Origin: a virus
Length of the DNA stretch: 64,000 nucleotides
Strand: one strand, 5' to 3'
Virus record (IMG/VR): IMGVR_UViG_3300045988_142974
Span: 64,001 to 128,000 of that record
Part shown: positions 34,516-43,076 of the stretch, in pieces
Layout of the letters: every line of letters starts with the position of its first letter
How positions within the stretch are numbered: the first letter of the stretch is position 1
Notes under the pieces: model-generated
Databases searched by the model: none
Told to the model about the DNA's origin: nothing
The model's input: the letters and a program-made list of their open reading frames with translations, nothing else
Program-made: the position numbers and the translations under genes

Positions 34516-34797
34516 ATGGAAGAAATAAATGCGGCATTGATCTCCATACAACAATTTAAAATCGCATATAGTAATGAAAATGGAGTTATAACTGTTGGTG
34601 ATATTAAAGATTTAATGGCTAATATAGATACTATAGAAGAATGTGTAAGAAAGCAAAAGAGAATCCCAACAACTAACGAAAGAGAATTTGGTTTATTTGG
34701 AAAATCAAAAATTGTACATCGGTGTAGTATTTGTGGTAGTAATGTATATTCTACAAATGTATATTGTCCTCAATGTGGGCAGAAATTTTGTATGTGA
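34516..34797 (+). CDS. hypothetical protein with C-terminal zinc ribbon (93 aa)
   Basis: ORF track. CSICGS...CPQCG. Confidence 0.55.
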   Translation: MEEINAALISIQQFKIAYSNENGVITVGDIKDLMANIDTIEECVRKQKRIPTTNEREFGLFGKSKIVHRCSICGSNVYSTNVYCPQCGQKFCM

Positions 34798-34841
34798 AGT
34801 ATTAGATTTAATTGAAGAATTGATGAAATGAGGTAATGTAG

Positions 34842-35105
34842 ATGGAAAATAAAAAAACATTAAAATATTTAAATGATATGAAGAATAGTAAAATGCCACC
34901 ATTTGATAGTCAATATGAATTTTTCTTTGCTACACTGGAAGATTATTATATTGCAAAATCAAATGGTGCAAAGATAATAAAAGAGGAGCTTATGGAATGG
35001 GATTCTGAAGCACAAAAAGAAATTGTTAATATATTGGCTGATATTATAGAATCTGATGAATTGATTGGTTTTGATAGAAATGATATTTTATCGTTAGCTG
35101 ATTAA
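34842..35105 (+). CDS. hypothetical protein (87 aa)
   Basis: ORF track. Confidence 0.55.
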   Translation: MENKKTLKYLNDMKNSKMPPFDSQYEFFFATLEDYYIAKSNGAKIIKEELMEWDSEAQKEIVNILADIIESDELIGFDRNDILSLAD

Positions 35106-35144
35106 ATGACGATTTCATTCACTTAGTATGGAGAAATTATAAGT

Positions 35145-35444
35145 ATGAAAAAAGAAGAGAAAATAAGAGTTATAAAATGGTACATTAGCCACCACATGAA
35201 TACAAAAGCCGATTATAGTGAAGTTGACGATTTGAAAGAGCTTGAAGAAATAGTAAGAACAGCAACAAATTGTTTTGGCGAAAGCGATAGATGCAATCAA
35301 TGCACTTCAGACGGAAAATCTTATTGTAAAAGATGTGCTAATTGTATTGAATGGCATTGGGATAAAGATATTATAGAAACAGCAGATAATTATCGTTTTC
35401 GATATACATATTGGAAAACATTTTTTGATATGGAAACCAAATGA
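35145..35444 (+). CDS. hypothetical Cys-rich protein (99 aa)
   Basis: ORF track. Confidence 0.55.
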   Translation: MKKEEKIRVIKWYISHHMNTKADYSEVDDLKELEEIVRTATNCFGESDRCNQCTSDGKSYCKRCANCIEWHWDKDIIETADNYRFRYTYWKTFFDMETK

Positions 35445-35477
35445 AAAATTGCTTTCAAGTAGAATGGAGGATGTAAT

Positions 35478-35687
35478 ATGAAATATAATGTACAAATGTT
35501 AGTAACAGGTACGGTAACGAAAACCGTAGAGGCTGATTCTCCTTATAAGGCAAAGGAAATTGCAAGTGAAAAGTATGGAGATCAAAGTATTACATTATGT
35601 TCAAGATGTGCCCATATTGTTGAAGGATTGTCAATATCCGAAGATCCAGATTCTTATGAAGCTGAATTGATAGAAGAAATAGATTAA
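35478..35687 (+). CDS. hypothetical protein (69 aa)
   Basis: ORF track. ATGGAGGATG SD. Confidence 0.55.
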   Translation: MKYNVQMLVTGTVTKTVEADSPYKAKEIASEKYGDQSITLCSRCAHIVEGLSISEDPDSYEAELIEEID

Positions 35688-35718
35688 ATAATTGTTTTCA
35701 AATGGAAGAGGAGGAAAA

Positions 35719-36012
35719 ATGAAAGTAGTAGATTTGATTAATAAATTAAATGAAATTGGATATGACGAAAACACAGAGCTGACTTTTAGCTGCGTAGATG
35801 GAAATTCAGGCGAATGTTATGAAGTTCCATTTGATGAAATTAGTTTTGGAGAAAATTTAACTGGTGAACCTTATCGTAATGATGTAATTGATATAGGTTT
35901 AGATGTTGATTCGGTAAAAGATTATATACAGGCTAAGTCTGACGGATATGTGAACGATATGATCGACGAAATAAGAGAAGTTTTGAGTAAACATGATCCT
36001 TGGAAAAATTAA
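35719..36012 (+). CDS. hypothetical acidic protein (97 aa)
   Basis: Track ORF 35692..36012. The ATG follows the GGAAGAGGAGGAAAA SD. Confidence 0.55.
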   Translation: MKVVDLINKLNEIGYDENTELTFSCVDGNSGECYEVPFDEISFGENLTGEPYRNDVIDIGLDVDSVKDYIQAKSDGYVNDMIDEIREVLSKHDPWKN

Positions 36013-36029
36013 AAATAAATTTAATTGTT

Positions 36030-36059
36030 GAAGAAGTGGAAATAAACCACTTCTTTTTT
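36030..36059 (+). terminator. Rho-independent terminator GAAGAAGTGG-AAATAAA-CCACTTCTTT + T-run
   Basis: Read directly. Confidence 0.7.
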
Positions 36060-36073
36060 GTTGCGGAAATGAG

Positions 36074-36352
36074 GTGAATTATGAATTGAGCAGATATAAA
36101 AATGGAAATCCCAAATATGCAAGTAGATTTATATGTATGAGGTGTATGAGTGAAAATATGTTAGCTAGAGGCATTCAAAGGCAGCGACAAAGAGAACGAA
36201 AACACGTTAAAGACCTATATTGTTTGAGATGTGGTGAAATCACAAAATGCATTGAGGTTAGATTTTGTGACTCTTATGACGAGATTTTTGAAGTCGCAAA
36301 GATTAAAAGAGAGAATTATTACATAGATGATTATGAAAGAGAGGTTGATTAA
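36074..36352 (+). CDS. small basic Cys4 zinc-binding protein upstream of integrase (about 88-92 aa; start GTG 36074 or TTG 36086)
   Basis: ORF track. CMRC...CLRCG. The GAGGTGA SD is best spaced for TTG 36086. Its position suggests a possible recombination-directionality or regulatory role (inference only). Confidence 0.5.
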   Translation: MNYELSRYKNGNPKYASRFICMRCMSENMLARGIQRQRQRERKHVKDLYCLRCGEITKCIEVRFCDSYDEIFEVAKIKRENYYIDDYEREVD

Positions 36353-36353
36353 T

Positions 36354-37334
36354 ATGGCACAGACAAAAGATTATGCGACTAAGAAAAAGGGCAAAACAGA
36401 GGTGCAGCCATTTTGGAACATGTCAGACATTAAGAATGTTATTGAGTGGTTTGAGAAGAACGAGGAATGGGATGGATATTTGATTACACTACTTGAATTA
36501 TTACTTGGTAGACGAATCGGTGATACAGTGATGACGAAGTGGTCAGATCTGTATTACGAAAACGGAAATCGTAAAAATGAAATTGATACTATTGAAGAAC
36601 AGAAAACAGGTAAGATTACTAATCTTCCTATAAGTAATATGGTGTGGGAGGCTGTTGATAATTATTTGTCACACGTCAAAATCAATCCAATGGAGCATTA
36701 TGATGAATATATCTTTCAGTATCAGCCTAAGACAGATTGGATTAATAGATGTACGTTAGATATATATTCTGAAAATAGTATAAATACTTGGTGCAAGGCG
36801 TTAAATAAAGACTTTTCTGATAAGCGAAAGGAAAAGATATTTAATGATTTTCATAAGCAGAAAAAATATTCATCATTGGGAGATTACCTTTATTATGAAG
36901 TTGAATATAATGATGTGGTTAAATGGCAGACAGATGATTATAGAAAGAAATTAAAGAAAGCAGTTAAAGATGTTGGAATAACTTCACCTGTGTCGAGTCA
37001 CAGCCTCCGTAAGTCTTTCGGCTATTGGATACATAAGACACATCCATTTGATCCTGACTGTCTACTATCATTGCAGAAATTGTTCAATCATACTGATCTT
37101 CAGACAACAATGAATTATATTGGCTTAACAGAAGAGAAAAATCGACAGTTAATCAACGATCATGGAGAGTTTATCCATAACGTACTTGCAGGTAAAGGAG
37201 ATGAGATAGTTAAGAATATGCCAGTTATTTCTCTGAAATCTGATGATTTTGGAAAGATAATAAGAATGCTTACGGATGATGTAGATAAGTATCAAGCTGC
37301 AATTGATATGGCAAATGAATTAAGAGTAATGTAG
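36354..37334 (+). CDS. int: Tyrosine recombinase / phage integrase family protein (326 aa)
   Basis: Track ORF 36327..37334. ATG 36354 follows GGTTGATTAAT. Catalytic-domain motifs LLGRRIGD (Arg I), SHSLRKSFGYWI (His-x-x-Arg) and LFNHTDLQTTMNYIG (His ... Tyr). Confidence 0.85.
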   Translation: MAQTKDYATKKKGKTEVQPFWNMSDIKNVIEWFEKNEEWDGYLITLLELLLGRRIGDTVMTKWSDLYYENGNRKNEIDTIEEQKTGKITNLPISNMVWEAVDNYLSHVKINPMEHYDEYIFQYQPKTDWINRCTLDIYSENSINTWCKALNKDFSDKRKEKIFNDFHKQKKYSSLGDYLYYEVEYNDVVKWQTDDYRKKLKKAVKDVGITSPVSSHSLRKSFGYWIHKTHPFDPDCLLSLQKLFNHTDLQTTMNYIGLTEEKNRQLINDHGEFIHNVLAGKGDEIVKNMPVISLKSDDFGKIIRMLTDDVDKYQAAIDMANELRVM

Positions 37335-37340
37335 GTATGT

Positions 37341-37374
37341 AAAGGGATAATACGTTATTTTGTATTATCCTTTT
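37341..37374. terminator. 13-bp hairpin AAAGGGATAATAC ... GTATTATCCTTTT between convergent int and XRE genes
   Basis: Read directly. One G-U pair. Overlaps the 3' end of the minus-strand gene. Confidence 0.55.
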
Positions 37375-37579
37375 TAATAAATTCAACATCCATATCTAAA
37401 TCAAGAGCGTCACATATCTCTATTAATGAATCAATAGTTATGTTTTTATGATTTAATCTGGAATATAATGCAGATGATGAAATATTTAATTTATCTGCGA
37501 CCTCTTGTTTTTGAAGTTCTTTTTCAGTTATGATTGTTTTAATTTTTAACAGAAGTTGTTTGCTATTTCTTACTATCAT
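37355..37579 (-). CDS. XRE-family HTH transcriptional regulator (74 aa)
   Basis: EKELQKQEVADKLNISSSALYSRLNHKNITIDSLIEICDALDL is a typical HTH_3 pattern. It is the only minus-strand gene within the plus array. Confidence 0.75.
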   Translation of the reverse strand: MIVRNSKQLLLKIKTIITEKELQKQEVADKLNISSSALYSRLNHKNITIDSLIEICDALDLDMDVEFIKKDNTK

Positions 37580-37589
37580 ATTTCACTCC

Positions 37590-37735
37590 TTTTCAAGATA
37601 TATCTGTATTATATAAGATATGTACAAAATTAACAAGACATAATTTAAATTTTTGTTTATTATTTTATCTTAAAAATACAAGATATATCTTGAATTATAT
37701 TGAAATATGTTGTATTATATGAAATATCAAAGGTA
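37590..37735. promoter_or_regulatory. Divergent control region with repeated operator-like CAAGATATATCT(T)G palindromes and GTATTATAT repeats
   Basis: Perfect 14-bp palindrome CAAGATATATCTTG at about 37679-37692. Near copy CAAGATATATCTG at about 37594-37606. GTATTATATAAGATATG and GTATTATATGAAATATC repeats. Lies between the XRE gene and mazF. Confidence 0.5.
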
Positions 37736-37771
37736 ATCCATACATAAAATAATCAGAGAGGAGGCTTACAT

Positions 37772-38155
37772 ATGGATTTACAGAGATATGATATTGTTAG
37801 AGCAAAAATAAAATATGAAGGCATGGGATCTGTTCAAACAAAGGAGCGTCCATATGTAGTTGTTAGTAATCCGATAGGAACTAAAAATGCAACGATAATT
37901 ACGGTGATGCCTTTGACTTCAAAAATAAAAAAGATAAATATGCCAGTTCATGAGTGTATTTGTGCTGATAATAAAAATGGACTCACTGAATACTCAATGG
38001 TCTTAGGTGAGCAGCCTATAACTATTTCTAAGAATGAAATAAAAGCAAAGATAGGAACAGTAACCAATCAGAATGATAAGAACCTTATTAATAAGGTGTG
38101 TTTTAACACATTCTTCTTTGGCGAAGATATTAATTGGGAGGAGGTACTTGCATAA
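37772..38155 (+). CDS. mazF: MazF/PemK-family endoribonuclease toxin
   Basis: RYDIVRAKIKYEGMGSVQTKERPYVVVSNPIGTKNATIITVMPLTSKIKKINMPVHECI ... SMVLGEQPITISKNEIKAKIGTV matches the PemK fold signature. AGAGAGGAGG SD. Confidence 0.8.
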   Translation: MDLQRYDIVRAKIKYEGMGSVQTKERPYVVVSNPIGTKNATIITVMPLTSKIKKINMPVHECICADNKNGLTEYSMVLGEQPITISKNEIKAKIGTVTNQNDKNLINKVCFNTFFFGEDINWEEVLA

Positions 38156-38406
38156 TGTATGTAAGCAAAGAAGAAGCTAAGAGAATGATAGATGAAGCCC
38201 CTGGTAAAATATGGATTGATTCATTTAACAGAATTGCATTTATTCATACAAAACCAAAGCAGATTTCTATTGACGAAGGAAAAAGAATAATAAATAAGGC
38301 AAGAACAATTGATTATCTGGATAATGATTTTTTTGGTCATTTATGTTTGGATATGCAGACGGAGTTTGTTCATAACATAAATTTTCTTCAAAGGGAAAGG
38401 GAATAA
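38155..38406 (+). CDS. hypothetical protein translationally coupled to mazF (83 aa)
   Basis: Track ORF 38134..38406. The ATG overlaps the mazF stop (TAATG). GGGAGGAGG SD inside the mazF 3' end. Confidence 0.55.
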   Translation: MYVSKEEAKRMIDEAPGKIWIDSFNRIAFIHTKPKQISIDEGKRIINKARTIDYLDNDFFGHLCLDMQTEFVHNINFLQRERE

Positions 38407-38417
38407 CAGAAATTGCT

Positions 38418-38470
38418 CCGAACATTTATTCGATTTTGTATTGACAAGAATATATGTTCGGGTTTATAGT
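38418..38470 (+). promoter_or_regulatory. Candidate promoter TTGACA-18 nt-TATAGT bracketed by IR CCGAACAT ... ATGTTCGG
   Basis: TTGACA at 38441-38446, TATAGT at 38465-38470. IR arms at 38418-38425 and 38454-38461. Read directly. Confidence 0.5.
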
Positions 38471-38478
38471 ATAAAAAA

Positions 38479-38533
38479 GAACAGAGCAAGCGATTCAAAC
38501 GGTGCTACCAACACCTTTCTACTTACTCTGTTC
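38479..38533 (+). ncRNA. G+C-richer stem-loop (GAACAGAG ... CTCTGTTC, 39-nt interior) at the start of a 250-nt leader; possible small RNA or regulatory leader
   Basis: Read directly. Begins about 9 nt after the -10 element. Followed by long IR ATATGAATCGCAATT / AATTGCGTTTCATAT (about 38563-38627) and direct repeats CCCTCAAA(A)TTA. Confidence 0.3.
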
Positions 38534-38723
38534 AAAGAACACAATTACATATTAACTGAATAATATGAATCGCAATTAAATTATATTACTAATTTATAAT
38601 TAAGTCAATTGCGTTTCATATTATTTCCCTCAAAATTAACAATTAAATATGCATTTCATATGCTTTAGTCAATATTCTAAGGCTTATTAAAGTGCACCCT
38701 CAAATTAGAAAGGAGTGGTCATT

Positions 38724-39317
38724 TTGGACTATGTTATTAAAAATAATAACAAAGTTTACATTCGTGTAAGAAATGGAAGGACAGAAACTTGTTCGGAGAA
38801 TTTAAAAGGAGTTTTTAGTGAACACAAAGCAAAGAATATATTAAATTCGTTACCCAAAACATTAAGAAGATATCATTTTTATGTAGAGGCTATACCTGAT
38901 ATTGCGCCAAAAGTAAAAGAAAATAAAGTTTATGAAATTCCAGAAGAGGTGAGTCGATGGATTAATAAATTTGGTACATGTGGTGAAATTTTAGCAGAAG
39001 CAAAGGCAAGAAGTGATATTTTAGTAGCGCAAATAAATAGCTCAGACGAAGAATTGATAGACATTGTACATGAGGCAGAATTAGAACCGGATTTAAATAT
39101 GTATAAAGGTTATTTAATATACGCAAAAATTCGGAACAATCGCAGGGAGAGACGTAAATTAAAAGACGAATTGTTAATTATATCAGATATTTTGGATGAC
39201 ATTAGTCCTTCGAAGTTACATAAAAGTAGAATTCAAAAAGCTGTTGATGGTTTGTTACATAGAAAATATACGTACAGGATTACAGAGACGGAGGCGGATG
39301 AAGATAATGGTATGTAA
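38724..39317 (+). CDS. hypothetical protein (about 197 aa; TTG 38724 or GTG 38715 start)
   Basis: ORF track. AAAGGAG SD 9 nt before the TTG. Confidence 0.6.
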   Translation: MDYVIKNNNKVYIRVRNGRTETCSENLKGVFSEHKAKNILNSLPKTLRRYHFYVEAIPDIAPKVKENKVYEIPEEVSRWINKFGTCGEILAEAKARSDILVAQINSSDEELIDIVHEAELEPDLNMYKGYLIYAKIRNNRRERRKLKDELLIISDILDDISPSKLHKSRIQKAVDGLLHRKYTYRITETEADEDNGM

Positions 39318-39495
39318 AAAATGCTTGATTCCTATGGTAGAGACTATGAGTTTTCAACCAGGAGAAAGAAATCGACATGATAGATATTGTAAGTGTCCAA
39401 AATGTAAAAGAGAAACTAAACATATTAAAATTATGAATTCTGAACTGACTTTTGGAGAATACATAAATAAGGAGTTGCGAAAGGTAAGTAGATGA
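39298..39495 (+). CDS. small Cys4 zinc-ribbon protein (about 62-65 aa)
   Basis: Internal ATG of track ORF 39196..39495, after a GGAGG SD. MVCKKCLIPM...RYCKCPKCKRETKH. Confidence 0.55.
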   Translation: MKIMVCKKCLIPMVETMSFQPGERNRHDRYCKCPKCKRETKHIKIMNSELTFGEYINKELRKVSR

Positions 39496-39496
39496 A

Positions 39497-40138
39497 ATGA
39501 TTAATAAAGAGATGATGAGGATTATTAATAGTAATCCTGAGATGATGGCTGTTGTTAATTCGTATATGGAAAATGATATGAGAAAACTCAAAAAAATATG
39601 TCATAAAGTTTGGTACGGGAAGTTTGATAGAAGTGATTATGATGAACTATATGATGTGGCGGTTGATTGTCTTATAGAAACATTAATTACATACAATAAT
39701 GAAAAAGCTCGTTTAGAAACATTTCTTGTAGGAAATATCATGAGGAAGACAAGCACATGGATGCGAGATAATAAATATAGATTAAAACGCCAGAATCTTT
39801 TAAAAGACGAAAATGGGAAATTAATTCTTGATGAAAAGGGTAATCCTCAAATTGTTATGAATGTCTCATTAGATATGAATACAGACGAGGTAAAAAATAT
39901 TAAAGATAATTTACCTTCAAGAGAGAATGTAGAGAAAGAGATATTTACAGAAGAATATACTGACAAAGTTGAATTATATTTGCAACAATTGCCACGAAAA
40001 CAGGAAAAGGTAGCGAGATTGTTATCTCAGCAGTATACGAAAGATGAGATATTAGAAATATTACATATAACTGCAAGCGAATACAATGATTGTTTAGCAG
40101 GATTAAGAAAGTATGAATACATATCAATTTTATTTTAA
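39497..40138 (+). CDS. Sigma-70 family (ECF-like, regions 2 and 4) RNA polymerase sigma factor
   Basis: The C-terminus LPRKQEKVARLLSQQYTKDEILEILHITASEYNDCLAGLRK is a region-4 HTH. The N-terminal DYDELYDVAVDCLIETLITY...FLVGNIMRKTSTWMRDN resembles region 2. 213 aa. Confidence 0.7.
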   Translation: MINKEMMRIINSNPEMMAVVNSYMENDMRKLKKICHKVWYGKFDRSDYDELYDVAVDCLIETLITYNNEKARLETFLVGNIMRKTSTWMRDNKYRLKRQNLLKDENGKLILDEKGNPQIVMNVSLDMNTDEVKNIKDNLPSRENVEKEIFTEEYTDKVELYLQQLPRKQEKVARLLSQQYTKDEILEILHITASEYNDCLAGLRKYEYISILF

Positions 40139-40155
40139 TTAGGAGGAAGCAAGTT

Positions 40156-41712
40156 ATGACAATGGTAGGAAGAGACAAAGTAAAAAAAGATCAGATGATG
40201 TTAGGAACATTACTTAACCAGTTTAAAAGAGGTCAGATTAATAAGAATCATCCTTTGCAGAGAAAGCCTGATCAATGGACAGATGAGGCAAAGTCAGGGC
40301 TTGCTGCCACTATAATTAAAGGTGAAGATATTGATTCTATTAAGATATGCGAACAGATTGTAAGCTCAACAGAGTTTATTCTTTGGCTTATTGATGGATT
40401 GCAGAGATTAACTGTTCTTGAATCATTTAAGAATAATGCTTTTGAAATTAAGAAGAGTCTTGAAATGCCAATTATGTACTATCAGGGAGTTGATGAGAAT
40501 GGAAAAGTTGGAGTTATCAAATATGATCTTAGAGGTAAAAAGTACAAAGATTTACCAGATGAATTAAAGGAAAAATTCGATAGTTATGCTGTTGATATAG
40601 TTAAACATCTTGATTGTACGGATGAGGAGATTGCTTACCATATTGCAAGATATAACAGACAGACAAGCATGAATGTAAATCAGAAAAATATTTTAGCTGC
40701 TTGGAAGATAGCACCTGAAATTAAGAATCTTACAAATAATCGTTTTTTTAAAGATTGCGGAAATTACAATCCGAAAGAAGACACAAAGGAAGTTTTCAAT
40801 AGAGTTGTATGTGAGTCTATTATGACAATGTTTCATCTTGATAATTGGAAAAAAGCAAAACAGATGAGTATATATCTTAATGACAATGCTACTAAAGAAG
40901 AATTTGATACATTTGAGAGCGAACTTAATAGGTTATATAAAATAATTGACCAGGATACAGTAGGGCAGTTATTTAATGCGAAAAATTCATTCATATGGTT
41001 TGCAGCTTTTCACAAATTCACTGAGTTTGGAATTGAAGACATAAGATTTACTGATTTTCTTGAAGAATTTCAGAGAACATTACATAGTAAGACTTTTGCA
41101 GAATATGAAAACGAAAGTTTTGATACTTATGATGGTAATAAGGGAACTAAGGATAAGAAGGTTGTTAATGCTAAGTTAGATATGATTGAACAGCTTATGA
41201 AGGAATATTTACATATAACAGATGCAACAGAAGATAAGAACGAAACTATATGCAATAAGGAAGAATCTCATTCTGAAACGGACGAAGAATCTTCTGAGGT
41301 AGAAAATAAAAATGAAAATGTTTTAATTAAAACAGAGAATAATAAAGTGGCAAATGAAGATATGTTGGAACAGAATACAGGTAGTCCTGATGTATTAGAT
41401 TTTGTTAAAACAACTGTCGGTGATGATATAGAGATAGAAGATATCGAAGAGTATCAAGAGTTTGTTGATGCTTATGTTCGAATTGATTCTACTTTATATC
41501 AGAATTGTACAGCAGCACTTATTGCATTAACCGCATACGCTTATCGCTTAGACAAAGATGAAGAATTTGCGGAATGGTTGGAGAGATATCAAAGAAACAA
41601 AAGGGAATTTGCCCCTTCGCAAATTGTTAATTACAAATATATGAAGAGAGATTTGGATAATTTCTTAAAATTTACAGAAAACAAGAAGAATGAGAACGTA
41701 AATAATGCTTGA
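40156..41712 (+). CDS. DUF262 (ParB/Srx-fold, GmrSD N-terminal-like) domain protein with acidic C-terminal region; no DUF1524/HNH nuclease motif seen
   Basis: NHPLQRKPDQWTDEAKSGLAATIIKGEDI ... ILWLIDGLQRLTVL is the DUF262 (Q/H)R ... DGxQR signature. TTAGGAGGAAG SD. Confidence 0.75.
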   Translation: MTMVGRDKVKKDQMMLGTLLNQFKRGQINKNHPLQRKPDQWTDEAKSGLAATIIKGEDIDSIKICEQIVSSTEFILWLIDGLQRLTVLESFKNNAFEIKKSLEMPIMYYQGVDENGKVGVIKYDLRGKKYKDLPDELKEKFDSYAVDIVKHLDCTDEEIAYHIARYNRQTSMNVNQKNILAAWKIAPEIKNLTNNRFFKDCGNYNPKEDTKEVFNRVVCESIMTMFHLDNWKKAKQMSIYLNDNATKEEFDTFESELNRLYKIIDQDTVGQLFNAKNSFIWFAAFHKFTEFGIEDIRFTDFLEEFQRTLHSKTFAEYENESFDTYDGNKGTKDKKVVNAKLDMIEQLMKEYLHITDATEDKNETICNKEESHSETDEESSEVENKNENVLIKTENNKVANEDMLEQNTGSPDVLDFVKTTVGDDIEIEDIEEYQEFVDAYVRIDSTLYQNCTAALIALTAYAYRLDKDEEFAEWLERYQRNKREFAPSQIVNYKYMKRDLDNFLKFTENKKNENVNNA

Positions 41713-42081
41713 TATTACAATGTGCACAAGTAAAAGTTGTAATAAGAGAGAATGTTGTTACAGGGCTATGAAAAAAACAATAAAGCACAAATATTAGTGA
41801 AATTGAGAAAGGAGATTGAGAAAAATAAAAATGTGTAATGGAGATACAGAATTTTAAAGGAGAATAAATAAAATGAATGAAAATTTACAAATTCAGGAAT
41901 TAAGAGAACAACTACATGAATATTCAAAAGAACATTGGTTGAGCTTTGTATTAAATTAATGAGAGAACAAGAAAAATATAATACGAAAATATAGATAACT
42001 TGAAAGTTAGTAAGAAAAGAAGATTATGGATTTTAGTAGGAGAGTAAATTCTCTTTCTTTGGAAAATTAGGAGTTTTACAG

Positions 42082-42417
42082 ATGGAAATGTTAAAAAAAT
42101 ATTCAGAAAAATATGGATTAAAAGAAGTAGTAAATGATTATGGAGAGCATCGTCAGACACGAGAAAGAAGCATTGTATTTCCGAATGGATGGGTTGCTTC
42201 TATTGTAGAAAATAATGGTGTTGATACATATAAGCCAAACGGAGAACACATAAAAGAATTTAAGTCGAATAAGAACTATTCTGTTGCAATGTGTGATTAT
42301 CATGGATACTTCGATTGGGATATTCTTAATCAATTTGGAGCAATTGATGGATGTATTTATTGTGATGATGAACTTGAAATATTGGTCGCTTGTGAAACGA
42401 TTAGGAGATTACAGTAA
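42082..42417 (+). CDS. hypothetical protein (111 aa)
   Basis: ORF track. TTAGGAG SD. Confidence 0.55.
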   Translation: MEMLKKYSEKYGLKEVVNDYGEHRQTRERSIVFPNGWVASIVENNGVDTYKPNGEHIKEFKSNKNYSVAMCDYHGYFDWDILNQFGAIDGCIYCDDELEILVACETIRRLQ

Positions 42418-42456
42418 CAAGAAAGTTCGATTTCTTTGGAAGAGAGGTGAAAATAA

Positions 42457-42615
42457 ATGGCATGTGATTATTGTGCGTACCGTTATTCTTATGATTGTGA
42501 TGATGGTTGGAATCGCCATAAAAATTGTAAAAGTTTTAAGTTAGATTGGGATAGTTTATCTGAGAAAGATAAGAAAACCATTCAGAAGATTTTGGATAGA
42601 AGAGAGGTAAAGTAA
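42457..42615 (+). CDS. small Cys-rich protein (52 aa)
   Basis: Own translation MACDYCAYRYSYDCDDGWNRHKNCKSFKLDWDSLSEKDKKTIQKILDRREVK. AGAGAGGTGAAAA SD. Confidence 0.45.
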   Translation: MACDYCAYRYSYDCDDGWNRHKNCKSFKLDWDSLSEKDKKTIQKILDRREVK

Positions 42616-42944
42616 TGGAAAATATAAGAAGATGGTTTGAGAATGACAAAATAAACAATGGTCAGGATTACGAGATTTATGAATACGAAGGTCACTTAGA
42701 AGCAAGAACAGATACAGTTATTTTTATGATAGTAGAGCCTCATAGCGGAACAAAAAATAGATGGATGCTTAGAGTTTCAACGGAAAGTGCTTTTGATAGA
42801 TGGGCTAATTCCACAGCCATTGAAGAGTTTTTCGATAGTGACATTGAATTATGTAATTATTTATACGAACATCAATTAGATATTTATAAGGATTTAGTTG
42901 AATATTTATCAAGAGAATATGATGATGTAGCAGAAGTTTACTAA
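42615..42944 (+). CDS. hypothetical protein (109 aa)
   Basis: ORF track. TAATG overlap with the previous ORF. Confidence 0.55.
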   Translation: MENIRRWFENDKINNGQDYEIYEYEGHLEARTDTVIFMIVEPHSGTKNRWMLRVSTESAFDRWANSTAIEEFFDSDIELCNYLYEHQLDIYKDLVEYLSREYDDVAEVY

Positions 42945-42961
42945 GAAAACTTCGTTTCATT

Positions 42962-43020
42962 GTAAAAAATTTCTGAGCGATTCAGCTCAATAAAATTCCC
43001 AAATTAAAAAGAGAATATAG
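42962..43020 (+). repeat. About 60-nt intergenic element (copy A) ending in the AGAGAATA box; related copies at 56108-56170 and, more weakly, at 60466-60521 and 55757-55790
   Basis: Shared blocks AAAAATTTCT, GCGATTCAGC(C/T), CCAAAT(T)AAAAG, aligned by eye. Confidence 0.5.
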
Positions 43021-43076
43021 ATATGTAACCAATTAACATTCACATATAAAAATTATAGAAAAGGAGAGTAAAACAG

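Noticed and set aside
41705-41960. Mini-ORFs in the 370-nt gap after the DUF262 gene (MLDITMCTSKSCNKRECCYRAMKKTIKHKY at about 41705, and MNENLQIQELREQLHEYSKEHWLSFVLN at about 41874).
   Set aside because: Each is under 31 codons. The first lacks an SD and may be a truncated remnant of a longer Cys-rich phage protein. Evidence is insufficient to call genes.
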